Shown here: positions 1-6,882 of the stretch, in pieces
Layout: every line of letters starts with the position of its first letter
Position numbering within the stretch: position 1 is the stretch's first letter
Assembly: GCA_038895675.1 (NCBI GenBank)
Contig: JAWANB010000009.1
Coordinates: 14,864-26,177, forward strand
DNA: 11,314 nt
Source of the DNA: Candidatus Iainarchaeum sp.
GTDB lineage: Archaea; Iainarchaeota; Iainarchaeia; Iainarchaeales; Iainarchaeaceae
Direction of reading: 5' to 3'
Position numbers and translations under genes: made by a program
Notes under the pieces: generated by a model
The model's input: the letters and a program-made list of their open reading frames with translations, nothing else
Told to the model about the DNA's origin: nothing
Database searches by the model: none

Positions 1-1
1 T

Positions 2-427
2 TCTCAGTTAGGCAATTTGGCTTTGTATTGTGCTTCGCAACAAGGAAAGTTTGTTGAGTTAGAAAGGACAATGACTGGAATTTATTGTAATAATCCTTTT
101 GGCGGAGACGAAACTATCTTAACTGATCCTGAAATAAAAGGTTGTTGGACTTTGAGTAATCATTTTGGTAAGCCTTTGAATTTGTTTGAAATAGACGTTG
201 CTTTTTCGAGGACTTCTTTAGATAAAGAGGACTTCAAGAAGTGTTTTGATAATAATAAACAAGTTTATTCTACTAACACTGAAATAGTTGAAAGTTTGGG
301 TATTAAAAGAACTGGCTTGGCTTTGGTTGATTGTCAAGAGTTGGTAGAGACAATTAATGTTAGGGATTCTTTTTGTGCTCGTCATCCTGAATTTGAGAAG
401 TGTTCATTGCAAAAAGAGCAAAATTGA
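2..427 (+). CDS. 3' part of a Cys-rich, DsbA/thioredoxin-fold-like protein (5'-truncated by the window edge)
   Basis: Frame is open from position 2 to TGA at 425-427. ALYCASQQGKF resembles the DsbA-family A..CA..QGKF helix, and FKKCFD...SLGIKRTG resembles F..CL.....LGV.GTP. The usual cis-Pro is Gly here and no CxxC lies within the window. Confidence 0.45.
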   Translation, partial: SQLGNLALYCASQQGKFVELERTMTGIYCNNPFGGDETILTDPEIKGCWTLSNHFGKPLNLFEIDVAFSRTSLDKEDFKKCFDNNKQVYSTNTEIVESLGIKRTGLALVDCQELVETINVRDSFCARHPEFEKCSLQKEQN

Positions 428-432
428 ATTTT

Positions 433-1032
433 ATGTTGCAAAAATCTAAGAGTTTCTTTTTGAATGGTTTTGTTTTTTCTTGTCCTTCTAATGTTTATTT
501 TCCTTCTGATGATTCTTATTTGTTGGTTTCTTCGATTAAGGATTGTAAAAACCTTTTTGCTCTCGACGTTGGTTGTGGCTCTGGAATTCAGACTTTGAAT
601 TTGTTGCAAAGAGGTGCAAAAAAAGTGTTGGCTATTGATGTTAATGAAGAGTGTCTCAAGGTTACTTTGGAAAATTGTAGAAAAATTGGTTTTGATGATA
701 AAGTCATTGTTAGGCAATCAAACCTTTTTAGTTCTGTGCCTGAAATTTTTGATTTGATTGTCTTTAATCCGCCTTATGTTCCAAGTGAGAAAATAAGGTT
801 TGTTGATGTTGACGGCGGTAAAAGAGGTCGTGAAGTTTTAGATGAGTTTTTAACAGAATTTCCTTTGCATTTGAGTAAAAATGGTAAGTGTTATTTTTTG
901 CAATCTAACTTAAATGGTTTTAGGGAGACTGAAAGAATTTTGGAAAGTTTTGGTTTTTATTGGAAAGTAGTTTCTGAAATTAAATTGTTTTTTGAAAAGT
1001 TGAGTGTTTATTGTTGTTGGAGAAAAGTTTAG
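433..1032 (+). CDS. HemK2/Mtq2-family SAM-dependent protein methyltransferase (release-factor Gln methylase-like)
   Basis: VYFPSDDSYLL N-terminal motif, SAM motif I LDVGCGSG, NPPY, and DGGKRGREVL. ATG 433 preferred over the track start at 400, which overlaps the upstream gene. Confidence 0.9.
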   Translation: MLQKSKSFFLNGFVFSCPSNVYFPSDDSYLLVSSIKDCKNLFALDVGCGSGIQTLNLLQRGAKKVLAIDVNEECLKVTLENCRKIGFDDKVIVRQSNLFSSVPEIFDLIVFNPPYVPSEKIRFVDVDGGKRGREVLDEFLTEFPLHLSKNGKCYFLQSNLNGFRETERILESFGFYWKVVSEIKLFFEKLSVYCCWRKV

Positions 1033-1043
1033 TTATCTGTTAG

Positions 1044-1349
1044 CTATTTTTTGCTTACTTTTTGTTCTTTCAATAAAAACTTTGCAATTAAAAATACTAC
1101 TATTGCGATTATCAAAAAATTTATTAGAGAAGCAAGAAACTGTCCAAGCCCTATATTGACTTGTCCTATTGTCAGGGTGATATTTTGCCAGTCCCCATTT
1201 GAAAGTAAAGGTTGTATTATTGGCATTATTATATTTTTTACAAGCGATTGCACTAAATCTGTTGCTGCAGCACCTATTATGAATGCTATTGCAAGTCCTA
1301 TTATTTTGTATTCGTTTAAAAAATCCATGAATTCTTTTAGAAGTTGCAT
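1044..1349 (-). CDS. mscL: Large-conductance mechanosensitive channel (short MscL)
   Basis: LKEFMDFL...IGLAIAFIIGAA..DLVQSLVKNIIMPII (TM1) and GQFLASLINFLIIAIVVF (TM2) match the MscL signature. Confidence 0.92.
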   Translation of the reverse strand: MQLLKEFMDFLNEYKIIGLAIAFIIGAAATDLVQSLVKNIIMPIIQPLLSNGDWQNITLTIGQVNIGLGQFLASLINFLIIAIVVFLIAKFLLKEQKVSKK

Positions 1350-1371
1350 AATTATGCTTTTTGTAGTACTT

Positions 1372-1380
1372 TTAATAAAT
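1372..1380 (-). promoter_or_regulatory. TATA-like box for mscL (probably leaderless) in the divergent mscL/amrB spacer
   Basis: Minus strand reads ATTTATTAA about 23-31 nt upstream of ATG 1349, with an A-rich BRE-like stretch upstream. The AT-rich background lowers specificity. Confidence 0.35.
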
Positions 1381-1442
1381 TGTTTTGTTTTTTTATTTTT
1401 TCCATAAAATTTAAGTGTTGTGTGTATATTATTTTTGGTAAT

Positions 1443-2240
1443 ATGTGTGCTTTGTTTGATTTGTCTGAAAAGCCTTCTGATTTTGTTAGGCGACCATCAG
1501 TTGCTGGCTCTTTTTATCCTGTTTCAAAAAAAGAGCTTTCTAATTTAATTGATAATTTGCTTGAAAGAGCTAAAACTTTTTCTTTGTCTGGAACTTTGCG
1601 TGCTTTGGTTTGTCCTCATGCTGGTTTTGTTTATTCTGGTGTTGTTGCTGCTGTTGCTTACAAGCAACTTTTTTCACGGCAAAACGAGTCTTTGAAAGTC
1701 TTGATTTTGGGTCCTTCTCATTTCGTTGCTTTTAGTGGTGCTGCTGTTTCTGGTTATCTTGAGTGGGAGACTCCTTTAGGAAGAGTCAGGACTTTAGAGG
1801 TTGGTTTTCCTGAATTTTATCCTGCTCATTTGGACGAGCATTCTATTGAGGTTCAACTTCCTTTTTTGCAAAAGGTTTTGAAGAACTTTACTATAAATCC
1901 TATAGTTGTTGGCGATTATGAGCCTAAAAGTTTGGCTATTGCTTTAGAGCCTTTGGTTGATGATAAAACTTTGGTTATCGCTAGTTCTGATTTGAGTCAT
2001 TATCATTCTTATAAGAAAGCTGTTGCTTTGGATTCTGTTGCTAATAAAGCTATTCCTTCTCTTGATTTTGATTCTGTTGAAGGTATTGAGGCTTGTGGCA
2101 AGATTCCTGTAATTGCTTTAATGTATTTGGCGAAGCGCTTTTCTTGGAAAGGCGTTTTTTTGGATTACAAGAATTCTGGAGATACTGCTGGTGATAGGCA
2201 AAGAGTAGTTGGTTATGGTGCTTATGCTTTTTATGAATAA
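1443..2240 (+). CDS. amrB: AmmeMemoRadiSam system protein B (MEMO1 family)
   Basis: RRPSVAGSFYP, PHAGFVYSG, ILGPSH, WETPLG, EHSIEVQLPFLQ, IASSDLSHY, EACG, NSGD..GD..RVVGYGA. ATG 1443 chosen as start. Confidence 0.95.
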   Translation: MCALFDLSEKPSDFVRRPSVAGSFYPVSKKELSNLIDNLLERAKTFSLSGTLRALVCPHAGFVYSGVVAAVAYKQLFSRQNESLKVLILGPSHFVAFSGAAVSGYLEWETPLGRVRTLEVGFPEFYPAHLDEHSIEVQLPFLQKVLKNFTINPIVVGDYEPKSLAIALEPLVDDKTLVIASSDLSHYHSYKKAVALDSVANKAIPSLDFDSVEGIEACGKIPVIALMYLAKRFSWKGVFLDYKNSGDTAGDRQRVVGYGAYAFYE

Positions 2241-2784
2241 TAATTGGCATCGCGAAGCTTTGAGTCTTGCTAAAAACGCTATTCATTATCCTTTGAAAAA
2301 AGGAAAAAGCTTTGTTATTTCTGAGAGTGAAATAAAAAGTAAGGAGCTTTTAGAGGAGCGTGCGTGTTTTGTGACATTGCATGAAAATGGTTTGCTTAGG
2401 GGTTGTATTGGTAATACTGAACCTTTCGGTAAATTGTATAGTGCTATAATTAGGAATGCTGAGTTAGCCGCTTTTTCTGATCCACGATTTTTGCCTGTTG
2501 AAGAGCATGAGCTTGATAAAATCGTGATTTCTATTTCTGTTTTAGGTTTGCCTAAAAAACTCGAGTATTCTAATGTTGATGACCTTCTTTCTAAGTTGGA
2601 TATTAGTAAGGGTGTAATTATAAAAAAAGGTTTAAGGCAGGCGACTTTTTTGCCTGAAGTTTGGGAGCAATTTGACGATAAAGTGAGTTTTTTGGAAGAG
2701 CTTTGTCTAAAGGCCGGCTTGAGTAAAGACGCTTGGAAGAAGGGTGTTGAAGTTTTTGTTTATGATGCTGAGTTAATTGATTAG
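2233..2784 (+). CDS. amrA: AmmeMemoRadiSam system protein A (AMMECR1 family)
   Basis: CFVTLH..G.LRGCIG, AAFSDPRF.PV, ATFLPEVWEQ, LCLKAGL..W. ATG 2233 overlaps the amrB end by 8 nt (ATGAATAA). Confidence 0.95.
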   Translation: MNNNWHREALSLAKNAIHYPLKKGKSFVISESEIKSKELLEERACFVTLHENGLLRGCIGNTEPFGKLYSAIIRNAELAAFSDPRFLPVEEHELDKIVISISVLGLPKKLEYSNVDDLLSKLDISKGVIIKKGLRQATFLPEVWEQFDDKVSFLEELCLKAGLSKDAWKKGVEVFVYDAELID

Positions 2785-2789
2785 GTGTT

Positions 2790-3476
2790 TTGGTGCAGGA
2801 AACTTTGAATTTTGGTTTAAATCAAAAGAAAGCTGTTTTAGATTTGCTTTCTAAGTTTGAAGAGGCTAAGGTAACAAATTATTTTGAAGAAAAGCGTGTC
2901 AAGTACAAAGATTGTACTATCACTCTTTATTCTTCTGGCAGGCTTTCTATTCAAGGCAAAAATGCTTCTTTAGTTAAAGACGAGTTCTTGTCCATGCTTG
3001 GTTTGAAAAGAGAATTAGTTATCGGCATAGATGAAGTAGGTAGAGGTGAGAATTTTGGTCCTTTAGTGGTTTGTGGTGTTCTTGCCGATTCTAATTCTTT
3101 GCTTGAGTTGAGGGATAGTAAGAAGATAAATGCTATTCAGTCAAAGGCTTCTCTAGTTTCTGAAAAAATGCTTGCTTCTGTTCATGTAGTAGTTAATGCT
3201 GAATTATTAGATTATTTGCGTAATAGTGGAAAAACAATTAATGACGTTGAAGCTATTGCTATTGATAAGATTGCAGAGCTACTTTCTAATTTTGCTGACG
3301 CTAAAATTATTGTTGATGGTGCTCCTATAAAAACTTCTTTTACCAAATTGTTTTTTTTGCCTAAAGCAGATGATTTAGAGCCTGTTGTTGGTGCTGCTTC
3401 TGTTCTCGCTAAAAAATATAGGGACGAATCAAAAGATAAAAAGAAAAGAATGACTTGGAATAATAAAAATGTTTAG
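2790..3476 (+). CDS. Type 2 ribonuclease H with N-terminal TBP-like (DUF3378/RNase HIII-type) domain and short C-terminus
   Basis: N-domain KYKDCTITLYSSGRLSIQGKNA. Catalytic motifs IGIDEVGRG, DSKK, IIVDG, KADD and AASVLAK..RD. AGGTG at 2783-2787 precedes TTG 2790 / GTG 2793. Confidence 0.88.
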   Translation: MVQETLNFGLNQKKAVLDLLSKFEEAKVTNYFEEKRVKYKDCTITLYSSGRLSIQGKNASLVKDEFLSMLGLKRELVIGIDEVGRGENFGPLVVCGVLADSNSLLELRDSKKINAIQSKASLVSEKMLASVHVVVNAELLDYLRNSGKTINDVEAIAIDKIAELLSNFADAKIIVDGAPIKTSFTKLFFLPKADDLEPVVGAASVLAKKYRDESKDKKKRMTWNNKNV

Positions 3477-3510
3477 TTTTTTTGGCTTTGTAGAAAAATA
3501 ATGTTTTTTT

Positions 3511-3530
3511 AGTCGTTATACGACTTTTTT
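3511..3530 (+). terminator. Short hairpin plus T-tract downstream of the amrB-amrA-rnh unit
   Basis: AGTCGT-tat-ACGACT followed by a T run. A second hairpin GACTT-tttc-AAGTC (3561-3574) is followed by a longer T run. Confidence 0.35.
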
Positions 3531-3625
3531 AATGTTGTTTTTTGTTGTTTCTTTTGCAAGGACTTTTTCAAGTCGTTTTTTTTTGTTTGTTTTTAAACAA
3601 TTCCAGTGTTAGTTGTTTTGGTTTT

Positions 3626-3683
3626 GCCCTTCAGTTCGAACCAGTTTCATCATTGTTCAGTTCTCGTTTTTCATCATAAGGGC
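3626..3683 (-). ncRNA. Box C/D small guide RNA #1 (2'-O-methylation guide)
   Basis: Minus strand: GCCCU-U-[C AUGAUGA]-AAAACGAGAA-[D' CUGA]-ACA-[C' AUGAUGA]-AACUGGUUCGAA-[D CUGA]-AGGGC. All four boxes are perfect, guides are 10 and 12 nt, there is a 5-bp terminal stem, and it is 58 nt and intergenic. Confidence 0.92.
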
Positions 3684-3705
3684 TTAAAATTAAGTCTTTC
3701 AAAAA

Positions 3706-3716
3706 ATTAATATTCG
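3706..3716 (-). promoter_or_regulatory. BRE/TATA-like promoter for sRNA #1
   Basis: Minus strand reads CGAA-TATTAAT, with the TATA-like part 23-29 nt upstream of the sRNA 5' stem. Confidence 0.4.
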
Positions 3717-3769
3717 TGTCGTTACCTTGTTAGCTTTTTTGATTCTTTAACTTTATATTTTTTTAAATT

Positions 3770-3784
3770 GAAAACTTTTAATAA
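3770..3784 (+). promoter_or_regulatory. BRE/TATA-like promoter for the lipoprotein gene
   Basis: GAAAAC-TTTTAATAA about 30 nt upstream of ATG 3814. Confidence 0.35.
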
Positions 3785-3813
3785 GTACCTTAAAGTAATT
3801 TTATTTGGTTTTT

Positions 3814-4437
3814 ATGGTTAGACTCTATAGTAAAAGATTTTGGTTAATGTTAATTTGTGTTGTTTTGCTTTCTTTTTCTTTAGGTTGTATTCAGAAAAAG
3901 GAAGTAAAAACAAGCCCTACGCCATCTCTAAGCCCAAGTGTTATTGTTGATGATAAACCTTTCGTGCCAAGACAATCTCTAACTAAAGAAGATCCGGCAA
4001 AAAAACTTTCTAAGCCTTATGATTGTTCAGATCAAATAATTTTTGATGAGTTAAAGAAAAAATTCGAGCCAGGTTTTGATGTTTTTAAAGAGACTCCGAA
4101 AATAGGCGTTATTAATAGAAAGTGTTTTGTTAGTAAGGGTAATTCATTGTTGTTTAACTTTGTTATAATTGAATATCCTAACGAGTCTTCTTTGAATAAT
4201 TATTTTGACTCTAAAAAAAATTCTTTGAAAACTTATTTTGAAGAATTGTCTGACACTAATTTTGGTTTTGGTTCAAAAGCCATGATGTTTTCAAGAGATG
4301 GTCCTAATGGAAAGGAGTTTTTGCTTTTTTTTATTGATGACTCTGAAAAAAACGTTTATGTTGAAATTACTGCTTTTGGTTCTGAACAAAAAGAAAGGGC
4401 AATTAATTTTGGAAAGATGTTAAATGATTTGATTTAA
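3814..4437 (+). CDS. Hypothetical secreted lipoprotein-like protein
   Basis: Basic N-terminus, hydrophobic stretch, lipobox-like SLGC and S/P/T linker (TSPTPSLSPS), then an alpha/beta domain with two Cys. Family not recognised. Confidence 0.75.
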   Translation: MVRLYSKRFWLMLICVVLLSFSLGCIQKKEVKTSPTPSLSPSVIVDDKPFVPRQSLTKEDPAKKLSKPYDCSDQIIFDELKKKFEPGFDVFKETPKIGVINRKCFVSKGNSLLFNFVIIEYPNESSLNNYFDSKKNSLKTYFEELSDTNFGFGSKAMMFSRDGPNGKEFLLFFIDDSEKNVYVEITAFGSEQKERAINFGKMLNDLI

Positions 4438-4472
4438 ATAATATTTTACGTTTTTATTTTTCTTGTGATTCA

Positions 4473-5028
4473 ATGGTTGGTAATAGTTTCTATAAGAAAT
4501 TATATACTTTTATATTTAGAAAAACCGCTGTTCGTAAAGCTATTGAAAAAGGACTTGCTCCAAGAGTGCCTTTGAAAATAAGTAGGCGTGGTATTTTAGA
4601 TTATAATAAGCCTGGTTGGTGCAGTGGCTATGTTAATATGCTTGCAAAAATATTGTTCAATCTTAATTATGCTAGAGGGCACGCTTGGACGTTGTTCGAA
4701 AAAAATAATGTTGTTTTTAGTTTATTGGAAAGAACTAAAGACGGGGAATTAAAACCAAAAAAAAACTTCTTTGCGAGATTTTGAAAGTCATCTTAAGCCT
4801 GGTAGAATTCTTGGAATTTGGTATCCATATAGTCCAAACAATAATAAAGCAAAAGCCCAAGGTAGGCCTTATTCTCATGTTGTTCTATACTATGGTAAAA
4901 TTAATGGAGTTCATTGGGTTTTACATAATTTGAATGGCCCTAAGTTTGAACCTTTAGAAGAAGCTCTTAGCAATTACCCAAAGTTAGGTGAAGGTAGCGT
5001 TCAGGAAATAATTGAACCGAAAAAGTGA
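4473..5028 (+). pseudogene. NlpC/P60 (CHAP/papain-like) Cys-His hydrolase split by a +1 frameshift at an A9 run (pseudogene, slippage/phase-variable gene, or assembly error)
   Basis: ORF1 carries GWCSGYV (Cys codon 4620-4622). ORF2 carries LKPGRILGI, YSHVVLYYG (His 4876-4878) and VLHN. Removing one A from A9 at 4757-4765 joins them into one 184-aa ORF (...LKPKKTSLRDFESHLKPG...). Confidence 0.75.
4757..4765 (+). repeat. A9 homopolymer at the frameshift junction
   Basis: CC-AAAAAAAAA-CTTC lies inside the short overlap window (4753-4781) where both frames are open. Confidence 0.9.
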
Positions 5029-5030
5029 GT

Positions 5031-5094
5031 GGCTCAGAGTTGAGTTAAATCATCATTTTCAAATGAATCAGCAGGTGTTAACCTCATCATTGCC
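5031..5094 (-). ncRNA. Box C/D small guide RNA #2 (2'-O-methylation guide)
   Basis: Minus strand: GGC-A-[C AUGAUGA]-GGUUAACACCUG-[D' CUGA]-UUCAUUUGAAA-[C' AUGAUGA]-UUUAACUCAACU-[D CUGA]-GCC. Boxes are perfect, both guides are 12 nt, there is a mini-hairpin between D' and C' and a GGC/GCC terminal stem, and it is 64 nt and intergenic. Confidence 0.93.
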
Positions 5095-5135
5095 TGTATT
5101 ACTATGTAGGGATTATTGATTAAAGATTATGTTTT

Positions 5136-5363
5136 TCATAGCCATTTTTTGATTTCTTCTGCTGTCGGGATTCTGCCGTTGCAAACAATTTTTCCATTAA
5201 TTGCTATTGCTGGCGTTGCCATTACCCCGAATTCGATTATTTTGTTTATGTCTGTCACTTTTTCTATTTCCGCTTTTTTGCCAGTTTCTTCTAAAGCCTT
5301 TTTTACGTTTGCTTCAACTTGTTTGCATTTTGGACAGCCAGAACCCAATACTTGAATTTTCAT
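5136..5363 (-). CDS. Small redox-active disulfide protein (Thioredoxin_3 / MTH895-like)
   Basis: MKIQVLGSGCPKC, GVMATPAIAINGKI..GRIP. RBS GGAGGTG at 5377-5371. This family is a common partner of ArsP-type permeases. Confidence 0.93.
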   Translation of the reverse strand: MKIQVLGSGCPKCKQVEANVKKALEETGKKAEIEKVTDINKIIEFGVMATPAIAINGKIVCNGRIPTAEEIKKWL

Positions 5364-5453
5364 TTACAATCACCTCCACAAGAGCAAGTTTTGAATTGTT
5401 GGGGTCCAATCAATTTCTTCTCTTGTAATTCCGAACCATTCTTTTTCAACCAT
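5360..5453 (-). pseudogene. Internally deleted 4Fe-4S ferredoxin-like gene remnant
   Basis: RBS-like GGCGG then ATG 5453 gives MVEKEWFGITREEIDWTPTI, resembling the W.G..REEI.W.PTID N-terminus of a ferredoxin family. It then jumps to an out-of-frame tail KTCSCGGDCK* whose TGA overlaps the thioredoxin ATG (ATGA). No CxxCxxC core remains. Confidence 0.6.
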
Positions 5454-5464
5454 TTTTTCCGCCT

Positions 5465-6571
5465 TTAAAGCATTCCAAAGATCAAACCAGCTATTGCTGA
5501 GTATATTATGACTATTGCAACGTATGCGATTGTTTTTTTGTTTCCCAAAACTTGCCTTATTACAAGCATTGCTGGCAAACTAAGTGACGGGCCTGCTAGC
5601 AACATTGCTAATGCTGGTCCTTGGTTCATTCCTTTTGCTATTAACAATTGCATTATCGGAACTTCTGTTAGCGTAGAAAAATACATGAATGCCCCAAATA
5701 TTGATGCTAAGAGGTTTGCTTGGATTGTATTTGAGCCAACCAATTGTATTACGAGTTGTTCCGGTATCAGGGGCTGTATGAATCCGACTATGAAAACTCC
5801 AATAAACAAGTAGGGAATTAGCAGTTTGCTTATGCCCCAAGTTTCTGAAAGCCACTCCTTTCTTGTTTCTGTTTTAAATTTGAAGAATGCAATTGCAGTA
5901 GTTGCAATTGCAAGCGCAATCATTATTGTCCACTTTATTGTTGCATCAATTTGCAAGCCATTTACTACAAGAATGCCAAACATTAGTGCAAAAAATAACA
6001 CCAAAATTTTTTTGGAGATTTTGTGGTCTTTTTCTTCTGTTAAAACAAAGCTGTCTTTTTCTCTTTTTTCTCTGAAAAGAAGAGCCATTGTCAGGCCAAC
6101 AAGTATTGCCAAAGCAATTGCTGAAACTGCCCTTGCCAATCCGATCTTAAACCCCAAAACACTTGCGGTTAGAAAAATTGCTGCTACGTTTATTGCTGGT
6201 CCTGAATAGAGGAATGCTGTTGCAGGGCCTAATCCTGCACCTCTTTTGTATATGCTTGTGAATAATGGTAGGATTGTACAGCTGCAAACAGCGAGCACTG
6301 CTCCAGAAATAGACGCGATTGGGTATGAAATATGTGGTTTTGCTTTTGGACCCAAATATTCTAATATTGCTTGTTTTTTCACAAGTGTTGCAATTGCTCC
6401 TGCAATGAAAAATGCTGGAACAAGACAAGTTAGAATATGCTGTGTTGAATATTCATGCAGCATTGCAAAAGCACTCAGCAAGGAATTGTTTAGCCATTCA
6501 CTTCCAATTGGCATAAAATAAAATGCTAAGAACAATGCAATGATTATCAGGAATGATTTCTTTTCATTCAT
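5465..6571 (-). CDS. arsP: ArsP/DUF318-family permease (organoarsenical/metalloid efflux-like)
   Basis: H.LTCLVPAFFIAGAI, GAVLAVCSCTILPLF..IYKRGAGLGPATAFLYSGPAIN, GAFMYFSTLTEVPI, GPALAMLLAGPSLSLP. Multi-TM protein between arsR and a thioredoxin. Confidence 0.9.
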   Translation of the reverse strand: MNEKKSFLIIIALFLAFYFMPIGSEWLNNSLLSAFAMLHEYSTQHILTCLVPAFFIAGAIATLVKKQAILEYLGPKAKPHISYPIASISGAVLAVCSCTILPLFTSIYKRGAGLGPATAFLYSGPAINVAAIFLTASVLGFKIGLARAVSAIALAILVGLTMALLFREKREKDSFVLTEEKDHKISKKILVLFFALMFGILVVNGLQIDATIKWTIMIALAIATTAIAFFKFKTETRKEWLSETWGISKLLIPYLFIGVFIVGFIQPLIPEQLVIQLVGSNTIQANLLASIFGAFMYFSTLTEVPIMQLLIAKGMNQGPALAMLLAGPSLSLPAMLVIRQVLGNKKTIAYVAIVIIYSAIAGLIFGML

Positions 6572-6577
6572 TTATTT

Positions 6578-6877
6578 TCACCTATAACAGCAGTCATTTT
6601 TTCGTAATGTGCCTTTTTTGCATCCAAGCGCCTTAAACATATCGCAAATAGCCAAGTATTTGATTTTGTAGAAAATCTTTTTGCCTTCTCGCCTTGATTC
6701 AATCAAGCCAGCCTTTTCAAGTTTGCCTAATTGGATTGAAACTGTTGACTGTGTTCTATTCACTTTTGGAAATATTTCGCAGACACATTTCTCGCCATCT
6801 AAAAGTAGTTCCAATATTTTCAGCCTTGTTTCGTCAGCAAGAGCCTTCAGAATAGTAATCGTTTTTTTTCCAACCAT
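6578..6877 (-). CDS. arsR: ArsR/SmtB-family metalloregulatory repressor
   Basis: KALADETRLKILELL.DGEKCVCEI (alpha3 CVC As-type site), QSTVS.QL..L..AGLI..RREGK, and a C-terminal CC. ATG 6877 preferred because the track start at 6898 lies within the operator/TATA region. Confidence 0.93.
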   Translation of the reverse strand: MVGKKTITILKALADETRLKILELLLDGEKCVCEIFPKVNRTQSTVSIQLGKLEKAGLIESRREGKKIFYKIKYLAICDMFKALGCKKGTLRKNDCCYR

Positions 6878-6882
6878 ATACT

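Noticed and set aside
3634..3642. GTTCGAACC as the T-loop of a tRNA gene or fragment
   Set aside because: There is no cloverleaf. It is the reverse complement of the D guide of sRNA #1.
4760..4766. A_AAA_AAC as a programmed -1 ribosomal frameshift site
   Set aside because: The downstream ORF is in the +1 frame, so a -1 slip does not join the two halves.
5113..5139. ATGA-coupled mini-ORF MKNIIFNQ and a frameshifted extension as a gene remnant
   Set aside because: No recognisable protein. The region is better explained by sRNA #2 and its promoter.
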